Shown: positions 31,787-43,483, counted from the first letter of the whole stretch. The stretch is 62,119 nucleotides of DNA, filler included, from 11 parts of 11 records of this genome joined end to end with filler, not necessarily neighbours in it, one strand, 5' to 3'. Numbers and translations: made by a program. Notes: generated by a model not told the origin, from the sequence alone.

Positions 31787-34224
31787 TCACACGCAGAATG
31801 GCTGGCCCCCCGCCATCTCGCCGTAATGCCCGTTGCTCGCGTTTGCAGTCTTCAAGATGAACAGTGGCACATTGGTAGTGTTAACAGGGGGCATGAGCCC
31901 TTGCTGTGCGTCTCCCCACAGACAATCTGGGATGGCAATGTAGCCATCTTCATCAAAGCGCGTGCCAGCAACATGTGAGTCGCCACTACCACCGTAGACC
32001 GGATCTTCCTGGCACAGCAGTTTGTAGCCCCGGGCCTCGGCCTCCTGCGCTGAGGTGGCGTTTCCACAGTACTCTAGCGACATTCCCATTGGGCAAGCCC
32101 AGACGCTCATCGACAAACAGGTGGGCGCATGGCAGTGCATGTTCAGACTGACCATCTCCTCGTTGTTGTACTTGGAGCCAGTGACGGTGTGAATCCACGT
32201 GCCATTGACGAGCGAGCATCCTGGCACATTATGAGCGCAGGACGGAACATCGTACTCCCAAGGGCTTCCTGTGCGGTCAGCGCCTCATTTCAGTCTCAGT
32301 CACAGCCTCCTAGCTCACGCGGAACAATACAAAGTGTGCATTTCGTTGAACAGCAACCACAGTCAGATCGAGAAACAAGACCACGGGGTGCGTACCAATA
32401 AGCAGCTGGGAGCCAGAGCCGTAGTGGACGCTTTTGTGATACCCGTCAGTGAAAGGCTGGACCCAGAAGCGGTACCTGTTCCAGCCAATTATTGGTCACA
32501 TCTCTCAGTATATGTACTGACATGCCCCTTGGCTGGTAGTGTTGCATGAACGAACTACGTACTTGTGGTGGAACACAAGTGGCTGATCTGGCCACGGAAT
32601 CTCCTGTTCTGCATCGAGCAACGACCACATATGGTGGCATGCCCATTGCCCACCAACGTAATGCCGAATGTCACATGTTGGGTTCTTGTCTGGGATCATC
32701 GTAGTTGATGGGTAAGGCGCGCACTTGCCCGCGCGAAAGCCAACTTGTCCCGCGCCAGTGTCGATCGACTGATTCGCGACTGCGTGGTATACCAGCGCCC
32801 CGGAAGCCTGCCCGAATGGCTTGGGCGATTGCGGGCAGACACACGCTCCTGCTGTGCCACTAGCCGGGAGCAGAGCGAGACTGGACAGCGCCTTGTTCTT
32901 GTGATAACCAAAGGTGGGCCCGCTGCCAACAGCTGCGATAATCTTGACGTCCGAGTCGCCCAAGCTGAAGCTGAAGTAGTCTGCCGTGGCCCCGGCCAGC
33001 GGGCGCGACACAGTCACGGACCGAACGCCATTTGTGGTCAACGACTGCAGAACTGTCACCGATTTCTTGAGCTGCTGACCAGCAAGATGATTCCCGAGCC
33101 TTCGCTCGGTCACTGCACCAGTGCCGTCCACGACAATTGCATATGCACCATCCATGTCAGAGGCACCGAATCCTGCCGCGAACCAAACTGCAGAGGGCCC
33201 AGAAAGCGTGATATTTGCGCTCTTAGAGGCAGCATCCAATGTTACAGCCACATGGATCAGTGTATTCGCGGCGCCACTTGCAGTCTGGGCTCCTTCACCG
33301 CAAGCAGTGGTCGCACTCCCCAGGCGGTTAAAGAAGACCTGTACAGTCAGGGGGTCGTCGGGGTCGCTAGTCGCCGTACAGCCGGCAGGCCGGGCAGGAT
33401 TGCTGCCAGTGCTATTCTTGAAAGTGCGACCCGTCGCTGGACCACCGAGAGTGGAGGCAGCCGCGTGAAAGCACTCTTGAAAAGTCTCCACCTTCTCGCC
33501 ACACGCGCCCTTCATCTGCACGGAGTAGGCGCCGTCGATAGCCTTCGCTATCCGGGTGGTCATGGGGCACTCCAAGAGGCCGCTGTACTCCGGGTCGACT
33601 TTGGGCGCGAGGCTCGCCGCAGGCAATGGCCCGGGAACAAACTTCACCTTTCCGTTCGTTGATATGTTCATCTCATCCCTGTTCCAGGTGTCGATCTGCA
33701 TTGGGGTCGTCTGCACGTGGGTCGGAGAATCGACCACGAGGGCATACCCTGGCGGGAATCCGTGGAAGCTCTTGCGGTATTCGCCACCATTCGACGACGT
33801 CGCAGCGACTTTGACTGGGTGACCCGACGCCGAAGGCGCGACCTGTTCAACCGCGTAGTGCGTCTGCTCCCACGGGATTGGTCCGCCGTGAACGCTCGCG
33901 AACTCCTCTGCGCGAGGGTCGTCAGGTCCGTCGAGCTGCACCTCCTTGAAGCGCGCGCTCGCTCCGATCATGGTGACTCCGTAGTGGTGGTTGTAGCTGG
34001 CGGAGATGGGCACGGACACGTCCTCTCCATCTGGCCCCGCGCCCTTGCGCACCTGGTCGATCTCCCAGCCGATGATCGCCATGCCCTTGCCCGCGTACTT
34101 CTGCACGATCTCATCCGGAAACGGCGCCGGCGCCAGCGGCGCCCACCATACCTGCGAGTAGCGAGTGGTCATCGGCGGCGAGTAGACCTCGAACGACTCC
34201 GCGCCGCCGGGGTACTCCGCATAC
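31787..34224 (-). CDS. Cys-rich protein with internal DOMON domain and copper-monooxygenase-like His/Met motifs (5'-partial); join(34224..32563,32475..32396,32268..31787)
   Basis: DOMON: ITLSGPSAVWFAAGFGASDM...RSVTVSRPL...IIAAVG..FGYH. Flanking motifs YNHHY, HCHAPTC, HYGEMA. Introns 32562..32476 and 32395..32269 keep the frame. Confidence 0.75.
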
Positions 34225-34349
34225 CTGCGCCGCGGCGCATCCCATATGGCTCAGCGGGAGACACAGAGGCAGACAGGCAGACTGCGGCACAAGTTTACTC
34301 TCGCACACGCGCGCACAGAGACACCCACACACACACACACACACACACA

Positions 34350-34449
34350 NNNNNNNNNNNNNNNNNNNNNNNNNNNNNNNNNNNNNNNNNNNNTTAATTA
34401 ATTAANNNNNNNNNNNNNNNNNNNNNNNNNNNNNNNNNNNNNNNNNNNN
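34350..34449. other. Artificial contig-join spacer
   Basis: N44-TTAATTAATTAA-N44, preceded by (CA)n. Confidence 0.99.
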
Positions 34450-34451
34450 GC

Positions 34452-36899
34452 GAGGGGACGGGCAACGGACGCCAGTGCGTTTACAGGTCTACACATTGTG
34501 CGTGGTTCATAGCTGGCAGCACAGAGTGTTTTCTCCCGTACGTGGCTGGAGAATCTCAACAACTATCGAGTTTTCAGCCTGCCGGACAAGCGTTTCGCAA
34601 ATTTGATGTGTCTGAATGGTGGGCTGTCGCCGGGTTGAGCAACGACGCCCCAGACAGAGGTGAGCGATGTGCATTCGGGTGTACAGACCCGCGCGCAACG
34701 CCCGCCAGTTATGTTGCAGACGCTCACGTGGATGACGGGACATGCGAATACCCGCCTTTGCCAGAAAGCTGGAGATCAGGCTGTATGAATGTAACTGCCA
34801 TGAACTATGACAGAAGTGCAACACTTCCTTGTGATGAATGCTGCGTTCTAGAAACGCTGGGGTGTATGACTACAACAAGCCCAAGCTTTGATCCTGAAGC
34901 AAACACTGTGTGCGCGAGTACCACCGGAGACCCGGAACAGATTTGCGAGTTGAACGCTTCAGGCTGTCCAGACGGGTGCCACCAAAGCGTGTGCGTTGCA
35001 CTGCGGCTGGGATGTCCACGTGTGAACCAATCATTCGAGTTTGCACTGGAGACGCTGAGTTTTGCGGACGTGGTTCTCGATCCGCCACCTGAGCTGGGAG
35101 AAGACGTAGACTGCGCAGACTCGGATGATTACCTCAGCATGTTCGCCTGCGCTCAAGCTGGCATAGACGATGCTTGGGAGGAATTTCCAGATTGGGATGA
35201 GACCATGACTGAGCCGAACGAGTGTGCACAGAGGTGCATCAATGCCCTTGTCGATGAAGCTCAACCCCAACACTGTGTCTCATTTAGTTTCGCCAAGCTC
35301 AACCAAGGGACCAACCAATCGCGCGGCCACTGCCTTATGCACACAATTGACGTCCTAGATGAACCTGCAGCACCGTGGTGGAATTTCACTGAGGTTTCAG
35401 GCAAACAGTCGCAAGCTGCGCGGGCGCTGAGTGGCAGCATGGTTCTGGATGCTACTCCTCGCATCTTCGATGGCGCAACATATGAGTATCAGCACTACGA
35501 CCGCGTCATCCACGAGGGCGATAGTTGCCGATACTATATCTACGACGGCGGCGGCTGTCCTGTTGGTAGTGTGCATGGCAGCACCGGGCACGACGCTGCT
35601 GGTGTGATGGCAGCTCCGTCTTCATGCATTGGTGCACCAGGATCGGCCACTGAGGCTCGACCGTATTCTGTCCTGGCTGAGGAGTTTCGATGTGGGGTCA
35701 ACGGAGCTTTGGAGCAGCGCAACTTGATGGTCGGAACAGAGCTTTGGAGTAGCGACCACTGGCCTGGGGTACAGACACCATCGCAGTGCGCTAGGATCTG
35801 CGTCGATACCAACGACTGCGTCAGCTTTGATCACTCAGTAGAGACTGGCCGTTGCTACCTGGGCGATGGCGTCGCTGGCGTGCACGCAGTGCTCTGGACG
35901 CCACCGGTTGGGAACTACCGCTACTACGAGCGCATTCCGCGAGGAAATCCCGAAATGAACCAGGATACTGGCATCGGTTGCCGTTACGGTTGCACTGACT
36001 GGCGCGCAGAAAATCACGACGCGCGTGCAGTGCAGAGCAGCATAGCAGTGGGCGATGCGAACTCCTGTAGGTACCGTGCCGAGCCTGCACTAGCTGCATT
36101 TCATGAGCGCGAGCAAGACCGTGCGCTCATCCCCGAAGATGGCCACTTCTTGGCGCAGTATCGCGCTGCGGAGTGCGAGGAACTGTGCGCTGCGCGCTGC
36201 CTCGCTGCCGGGCCGGCCTGCATGGCGATAAATTATGCAGCAGCACTTGGGCAGTGCTACCTACTTCCGCGCGTGGTGCTTTCTGCGGATGAACTAACCA
36301 CCGTGAGAAAGTACGTCTACCGTCCTCGTCGCATGTTAACGCTCCCGCGACCATGGGGCGTACCATTGCCCGGGCTGCGAACAGTAAACAGCCTTGCGGA
36401 GCACGTCTGGCCCACAACCAACCGGACAGCAGTACTGGGCTCGTTGCTTCGTTTCGACCTGCCAGATCGATCCGCCGCTGATACGGTGGGTGAGGTTGAC
36501 GAAGGCATCACAAGTGCAACGGACATCTGGCGCCGCATGTCAAATGCATCGCTAGAGGATGTCGGCTGCGAGCTTGATGAGTATAGCACAGCACAAGTAT
36601 TGGCGCCGGCAGCGTGGCACCTCGATGCGGATACGAGCGCAGCTACCGCCATGGTGCATTTTCCGTGGCGTGGAGCACCGCAGAAGGTGGAGCGTGCCGT
36701 GGCATGGGGTGGCAGTGCAGGTGTTGGCCCGCGTAGTGCTATAGTAGCACTGGATGCAGTGGGCATGGCACATTTCGTGCCGCGAAGCAAGTCGCTCTGT
36801 TACCTCGGCCTGCGTGTGACTATCAATGTGACTGGTGGTGACATGACAGCGACACCGCCGAATTGTGACGCGGCTGGGGGGGCAGAACAAGGCCGGTAA
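34452..36899 (+). CDS. Extracellular Cys-rich protein with PAN/apple domains and GCTD-type repeats (5'-partial)
   Basis: Frame is open from the contig edge. Three PAN-like units (ECAQRC..HCVSFSF, QCARIC..DCVSFDH..RCYL, LCAARC..CMAINY..QCYL). Repeats GCTDP...DDGTCEY, GCMNVTAMNY, GCMTTTSPSF, GCTDWRAENH. Confidence 0.78.
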   Translation, partial: EGTGNGRQCVYRSTHCAWFIAGSTECFLPYVAGESQQLSSFQPAGQAFRKFDVSEWWAVAGLSNDAPDRGERCAFGCTDPRATPASYVADAHVDDGTCEYPPLPESWRSGCMNVTAMNYDRSATLPCDECCVLETLGCMTTTSPSFDPEANTVCASTTGDPEQICELNASGCPDGCHQSVCVALRLGCPRVNQSFEFALETLSFADVVLDPPPELGEDVDCADSDDYLSMFACAQAGIDDAWEEFPDWDETMTEPNECAQRCINALVDEAQPQHCVSFSFAKLNQGTNQSRGHCLMHTIDVLDEPAAPWWNFTEVSGKQSQAARALSGSMVLDATPRIFDGATYEYQHYDRVIHEGDSCRYYIYDGGGCPVGSVHGSTGHDAAGVMAAPSSCIGAPGSATEARPYSVLAEEFRCGVNGALEQRNLMVGTELWSSDHWPGVQTPSQCARICVDTNDCVSFDHSVETGRCYLGDGVAGVHAVLWTPPVGNYRYYERIPRGNPEMNQDTGIGCRYGCTDWRAENHDARAVQSSIAVGDANSCRYRAEPALAAFHEREQDRALIPEDGHFLAQYRAAECEELCAARCLAAGPACMAINYAAALGQCYLLPRVVLSADELTTVRKYVYRPRRMLTLPRPWGVPLPGLRTVNSLAEHVWPTTNRTAVLGSLLRFDLPDRSAADTVGEVDEGITSATDIWRRMSNASLEDVGCELDEYSTAQVLAPAAWHLDADTSAATAMVHFPWRGAPQKVERAVAWGGSAGVGPRSAIVALDAVGMAHFVPRSKSLCYLGLRVTINVTGGDMTATPPNCDAAGGAEQGR

Positions 36900-37024
36900 T
36901 GGCAGAATTGAGTGTGCTACGGTTGCCACACCTGCGAGTGACGCGAATTACTAGTTATAAGCTTTTGGATTCATAACTATAGCTATGCCGTCACAATTGT
37001 GCAGCATGTAGGCTTGAATGGACT

Positions 37025-37792
37025 TCACCACAAGTCGGACTGCAGCCACGACGGTGCCTGCTCTCCTTGTGACAGTTGCGGCAACCGCATGTTGATCGGA
37101 AGGCTCAAAGTTTTATGCCCAGACGCCAACACCTCCTCACGGCGCGCATCCATTATAGCCTTGTATCGCGGGCTGACTTCTGGTAGCGGCATGTCTGTAC
37201 CAGAGCTCTGTAACCGAGCGCGGGAGGTGTTTGGTGTTTGTCGTTCGTGCCAATTGCCGTTCGCCCCAGTCTTTTTGTTGCGGTTGAACCACGCATCCTG
37301 GTACACAATCTGTGACACCAACGAACGTGGCGTCAGTACGGCCTTGAGCACACCACCGCCGTGTTGCCCTGCCACGGCCTCGAGCTCCGCCACCTGAGCG
37401 GCAGAGTCAGTCTCCAAGCTTGCTCCAGCTCGCCGATCGACTCGTGCACGCGCTGTCTGTGCTGCTAGCGCTGCTCTCGCTGCCTCTTCAGCGTCTCCTG
37501 TGGGCACTAGCGCACAGTCCAAGCCAACCACGATCTTCGTGTGGGTTCTGCCCGAGTCGATCGCAGCGTACGCCTCCGTGTTCCCAAAGTTTACGGTTGA
37601 TGTTAACGGGCGGCGGCCGGAAGCTGACCACAGCCTCGTTTTGCCAAATTTGGGTGGCTTGGGCTGGTGAGACGTTGGGCCGCCCCCTCTGTCATGGAAG
37701 TTGCTTGCACGTCCCTTGCCACGCTTTGCACCCTTTTTTTCAGGACGCGTCTTGCGCTTCCATTTCAACCCTTGCTTCGCCGCTTGCTTTGA
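37025..37792 (-). CDS. 3' part of an uncharacterised basic protein (5'-partial)
   Basis: Open frame of about 255 codons from the contig edge to TGA at 37025, convergent on the PAN gene; no recognised domain. Confidence 0.55.
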   Translation of the reverse strand, partial: SKQAAKQGLKWKRKTRPEKKGAKRGKGRASNFHDRGGGPTSHQPKPPKFGKTRLWSASGRRPLTSTVNFGNTEAYAAIDSGRTHTKIVVGLDCALVPTGDAEEAARAALAAQTARARVDRRAGASLETDSAAQVAELEAVAGQHGGGVLKAVLTPRSLVSQIVYQDAWFNRNKKTGANGNWHERQTPNTSRARLQSSGTDMPLPEVSPRYKAIMDARREEVLASGHKTLSLPINMRLPQLSQGEQAPSWLQSDLW

Positions 37793-37793
37793 T

Positions 37794-37893
37794 NNNNNNN
37801 NNNNNNNNNNNNNNNNNNNNNNNNNNNNNNNNNNNNNTTAATTAATTAANNNNNNNNNNNNNNNNNNNNNNNNNNNNNNNNNNNNNNNNNNNN
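37794..37893. other. Artificial contig-join spacer
   Basis: N44-TTAATTAATTAA-N44. Confidence 0.99.
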
Positions 37894-38324
37894 ACTCCCA
37901 ACGAATCCAACCCACCCTCTGATTGGAAATTGGGGACAGCGCACACTGCGCGAGGAGGGATCGCTGTTGTCCGACATGGTCATGGATGGCCCTCGTAGCA
38001 GCAGGCCTCTCTGATGCGTGATGGGCTCCCCTGTGATGGCCACAGACGGTCCTTCGCCTTGGGAGACTTCTGAGGTTTTACCACGCAGGAGAGTGCGATC
38101 CGAAGGGCGGGGGGTGGGGGGTGGGGGGATGTGAGCTAGGAGCCCTGACGGACAGGACGCAAGTGGGCGCGAGATGTAGTGGGCACTTGCGGTGCTCATG
38201 GAGGATCTTTGGCAGGTTCGTTAGGAGATTTGTGAGGGTACAGTGGGAGAGAGGACAGCAGGGGAGGGGGCGATGTGTCGTATTTTAAAGGGGAGGTTCT
38301 GAGCTAGGCAGTAGGCACGGTGGG

Positions 38325-41300
38325 ATGAGCGCGCCAAAGCGGGCCGGGCAGGGGCTCGAGGCTGTCGGCGCCAGTGAGGATCCAGGCATCGCGGCGACCG
38401 AGGGCCACCCTGCGCCTGGCACACGCGCCCGATCGCGGAGCTTCACAGGCCGCGAGCCGCAGGCCGTCCCGCCGAGGCCGGCGCGGGGTAGCGTTCAGCG
38501 CCAGTCCACGCCGCCAACCGTAGACCTATGCAGCTGGCTGAGCTCCATCGGCCTCCGGGAGCGCACGAGCGCACTCGCTGCCGCGTTAGGGGTCCCACCG
38601 GAAGGTGAGCCGATCACGAGCGAGCTCACTGAGCAGGCCGACAGCGCGCTCGAGGAGGCCGCTGTTCGGGCCGGCCTGCGATTGTTTGAGCGAAAGCGCT
38701 TCCTCAACGCCGTCGAGCAGTGCCGCAACGACCAGCCCGCTGGCGCTGCCTTCCCGCCTGCCATCGATGGCAAACAATCTGTGCGCCGAGCACTGAAGAA
38801 GGTGAGCCTCGAGCAATACCACGATGCACTCGCTGCGGAAGGGCTCGGGTGGGGGGATTTGTCCTGGACCACAGTGAGCGACCTCGAGGAGGCTGGCATG
38901 AAGGAGTTTCATGCAAAGCGGCTGGTGCGACACATCAAGGGCGTGAAATTCCGCGCCGTCGACGAAGAGGGCGTCCCGCCCGTACAAGCGCCCGAGCCCG
39001 AGCCAGAGCCTTCGACGTTGGACCTGCCGACGTTCATTAGCTCGATTGGAGGTGATCAGGAATCTTACTACCGCAATCTTCTCGCGGAGGATGTTCACAG
39101 GCACAAGCTGTTGCGGTCCAAACTGATGTTCGTCGGAAGCGGACGCTCGGGAAAGACGTCGCTAAAGCAGCGACTGACAGGCAAGAAGTTCAGCGAGCAA
39201 CAGGACAGCACATCGGGAATTGAAGTCGAAGTTGATACATGGACTGCAGGCAGACAGACATTGTCAGACTATCAGGAGGCCGTTGGGAGGCATTTTGCAG
39301 AGCTCAAGAACGATTGGGAAAGAACTCATAAGTCTGACTCTGGCTTATTGGACGACGATGGGCTATCGCGTAATCTTGCGAGGAGGCTCTGGACCGCGAC
39401 GGGTTTTGTCGAACCAGACGAGCTGAAGCCCGAGGATCTCGAGCTGACCGATCATGTACTCGGCGAAGGGCAGCACGGCAAGGTGTACGCTGGGGTGCTG
39501 CAGAGTGCTGGGAAGCGCGAGTCTGTGGCCGTGAAAATGATGGGCAAAGTCGATTCAGATGAAGTCGAAGCGTACGAGAAGGAAATTGCTACGCTGCGCA
39601 AAATATCCAAAACTTGCTCAAGAGTGTGTCGACTTTACGGTACTTGCGTGAAAGAGGGAAAGCACTGCATCGTGATGAAACGCTACCGATCGAGCTTGGC
39701 GGCTTTTCTCAAGGACCAGCCCGGCCACAAATTGTCGGCTGAGCAGACCATAGAGTATGCTGTCCAGATCAGTGCATCCCTGATCGAACTACACGAGGGC
39801 CAGTACCAGATGGTCGTGAATGATCTCAAGCCAGACAACGTGCTGATTGATGCACACCGCGAAGCTTACTTGGCAGGTTTCGGCATTTCCAAAATTGTCA
39901 ATAGCACAGCGAAATCGATAAAGCAAAATAGCTCTACAGGTGTGAAAGGAACTTTCCAGTATATGTCACCCGAGAGTTTCGATAAATTTAAAACCAAGGG
40001 CTTCGCAACGGATGTGTGGAGCCTGGGATGCACGCTGTTCGAGTTGCTCGCCGGCGAAGCGCCGTGGACAGGCCTTGACCATGGCCAGATCATGTTCAGC
40101 GTGGTTGTGCACAAGCAAACCCCACCGCTACCAGACGATTGGCACCCGGGTCTCCGAGATTTAATCCAGAAGTGCTTTTGCTACGAACCAGAGCATCGAC
40201 CGACCTCGCGACAATTTTATGACGAGGCAAGACAGCTGCAACGATCAGCAGCGCCTGGATCTCGGATCCCATTTTCGGCAAAAGAGAAGCGCCTACTGCA
40301 GTGGATAAAGCAAGACACGAATTTATGCGATGAGGACGTGGCTGATGTGCATGCCGTGGAGCAGGCTGCCAAACAACTCGAAGTGGACAGCAGCGTCTTA
40401 CAGCGGACGAACTCCGAGGTGCTGCACCACCTGGAACGCGCTATCATCAGAGCAACGCTACGTCTAGAGCAGGACACAGACAATCGATACCGCCGCGGGA
40501 TGTTTTTATCGCACTACCAGGTCACGGGCGGTCGCGACGTGATGCTGCTGCACGCGTTGATCGAGAAGGCCTGCCCAGATCTGAAGGATAAGCTTTGGTT
40601 AGATAAGAATCAGACACCGACGATAAAAGAAATGCGCCTGGGTGTCAAACAGTGCACGTTTTTCGTTCTGTACCTGTCCAGAGACGTGTTGAAGCGACCC
40701 TTTGTGCGCATGGAAATTCGTTGGGCGATCCATTACAGAAAGAAAATCCGGCTGGTATGGCCTCAGGATACCGAACACGCGGTCGTTCGATTCCAGGACT
40801 TCTTCGATGACTGTGCGGAAGCCGTCAACATTGCGGGATCAGATAAACCAGATACGGACGAGCTCGACATTAGCCAGATCTTCACCAACAATGTGGCGAT
40901 CCCTTACTACAATGAGAAGAAGAATGAGATGTTTCGCAATGCGTCTCTTGCTATTTTGCTTGAGCAATGTGGCTTCCGTGCTGAGGCAGCTAAGCTGCGA
41001 ACGCCTTTGGCTGTAACATTGCCGAAAGGACTCAAGGTTCAGCTGCAGTACAACACGTTTAATGGCAGTGCTCAAGCTGAGTACGTCAGCATAGGATTGC
41101 AGGATTCGCTGTCATGCAATTGCTGCGTGGATGTCAAACAGCAGCTTGACGAGAGGCATGGACATTTGCTTATCTACGTCACAAAAGACGTGTTTGCCCA
41201 ACCAGCGGTGATCACAGCTGTCCGACGGGCAATGGAGTTCTCACGGCCCATCACGTGTTTGATCGAGACTCAGCAAGAACACGGAGGCTTCACCTGTACA

Positions 41301-43383
41301 GAGTACGACAAGCTTCCTGCAGAGGCTATTCACGGTGCCCCGGCGGATATTACCGCGGCAGATGGCCCGCTGCTGGCATGCGAGGTAGTCCCATTCTTTA
41401 CGGAAGAGGCTTTCCACGATATCTCCCTCCAGATTGTCCTGCAGTCTATGGAGTCTCAGCAGCCTGAACTGCGGCTCCAAAGCAGATCAACTTCAAGCGA
41501 GGGCATCCATGGTGGCAACTCCAAGCTTCGACAAGAGAGAGGAGGTGGCTATGGCACCTGCCTTGACAGAGAGTTTGTTCAGCTCGAGGCTGGAAAAGCG
41601 TTGGACCAAGGTACAAACATCATACCTGTTTACGAGGACGATCGTCGCATGGCTGGATTTTTCGACTACGACCTCGCAAAGGCGAAGTATGAAGGCACGC
41701 GCTGGGTAAGTCTGCTGCATATAGACGCAGTTGTGTATCGCAGAGATACGTATGAGGCAAAGGCAATGATCAGCAAGATCATCGACAAAGGTGAAGGGCA
41801 CACGTGCACCAAAAAACGAAACCCGATGAACGAACCTGGTATCTGGGACTTTTTCCTTTGTCATGCGCAGGTCACTGCCAGCGACCAAGCCAAAAACGTC
41901 GCAGAAATGCTGAGGAAAGAGGGTAAGACGGTATGGTTGGATGTGGATATGCAGGACAGCAGCAAAGATGCGATGCTGGAAGGCGTGGCACACTGCAAAT
42001 CTCTTGTAATCTTTCTCACTGGGGACAAAGGCTTGTTTGAGCCAGTCACTTCGCCTAAACGCACGGCACTCCGCGGCAGCGATGCTCTGGCCGAATGGAA
42101 TGCACACTACGACAAGCAGGTAGAGCTTGGAGCAGACAGAGTGTCTACGGTCTACCGTGCACTAGACACGAGGCTCCAGCGCGCCGTGGCGATGAAAGAA
42201 TTTAGTCCACCCACCGGCCCTATGTTCGACGAGCCGCAGTCACGTGCTCTAGAACGCGCATCTGTAATCGGGAGCAGAGTAGTACACGTCAATATTGCGG
42301 CTTGCTACGACTATCTGATGAGTCCTGATTTCTCTAGGTTTTTCCAAACTCTGGAGCTGTGCGATGGTCCGACGCTGCAGCAGCTTCTTGACGACGACGG
42401 GCCAATGCGCGAGGCAACCGCAGTTGCTTACCTGTCCGCGGTTTGCGACGGTCTGACCGCATTGCACACCAGAGACGTGGTGCACCAGTACATTACGCTT
42501 TCGAATATTAGGCTATCGAGCGGTGTCCCTAAAATACTTAACTTTCAGCTAGCCAGAACCGCAGCCAGCACAGCTGATGAGGAACGCGGACTCGAACTTG
42601 GGACGCTAATGCTGACAGACAAAGCCACCGAAGTCGCTGGGTCACCAGACTATAAAAGCCCTGAGGCATGGCGTGCCGACGGAAATGTTGATAGCCGCAC
42701 AGACATTTGGTCTGTGGGTGTTTGTCTCTTTGCATTGCTGACTGGAGAGATGCCATTCATCGTTCCGGCAGGCATTGATAAGAGGCATCTGATTGGGGAG
42801 GTGTTGTACAAAATGGACCCGGCACCGGATGTACGGGATGCTATCACTGCGACGCACTCGCAGGAAATGGACAGCAGACGGCCGTGGCAAGTTTCGGATG
42901 CCACTGCAGCTGTGGTAGGTGCATGCCTGGAAAAACAGGTTGGCAGCCGACCGCGAAGTGCACGCGTCCTGAAAACACAGCTGGACGAGGCCATGGCAGA
43001 CAGTGGAGCCCCGGAGTACGATATCGTCATTTCTTACGCGCCGCTGGACGAAGCTGCTGCTGGGCAGATTTTTGCGCGGCTCCAGGATGTTCTTCGCCAC
43101 CCCGTAGGACCAAACAAAGAGCGGCTGGCTGTTCACTTGGTGGGCCCAGAAAACGAACATGACGACAGCGTAGGGCGAACAACATGCTTCGTACCAGTGG
43201 TTTCTACAGCTACTTTGAAATGCATGTCGACGCAGTGTGCGACTGACACAGGTGCTCGCAGCTTGTTGGCAAGGTGTCAGCTGGCTACTGCTTTGTCTAA
43301 GCTTGGTCTCCTAGAGATAGTGCCGGTGCTCTGTGGTGACGACATGAGGGCTGGAGCGTTCCAGATTCCAGGCTCTGATGCAT
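38325..43383 (+). CDS. Giant signalling protein: SAM-SAM-Roc(G1/G2)-kinase-TIR-TIR-TIR(permuted)-kinase-TIR (3'-partial)
   Basis: Uninterrupted ORF of more than 1680 aa. SAM-like WLSSIGL and VSLEQYHDALAAEG; Roc KLMFVGSGRSGKTSL...DSTSGIEV; kinase 1 LGEGQHG, VAVK, DLKPDN, GTFQYMSPE, DVWSLG; TIR-like MFLSHYQ..WLDK, FFLCHAQ..VWLDV, YDIVISY; kinase 2 VAMKE, GSPDYKSPE, DIWSVG. Confidence 0.88.
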
Positions 43384-43483
43384 NNNNNNNNNNNNNNNNN
43401 NNNNNNNNNNNNNNNNNNNNNNNNNNNTTAATTAATTAANNNNNNNNNNNNNNNNNNNNNNNNNNNNNNNNNNNNNNNNNNNN
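43384..43483. other. Artificial contig-join spacer
   Basis: N44-TTAATTAATTAA-N44. Confidence 0.99.

Noticed and set aside
37894-38199. Minus-strand ORF divergent from the Roc-TIR gene
   Set aside because: Short, truncated by the contig edge and without motifs; cannot be told apart from promoter DNA.
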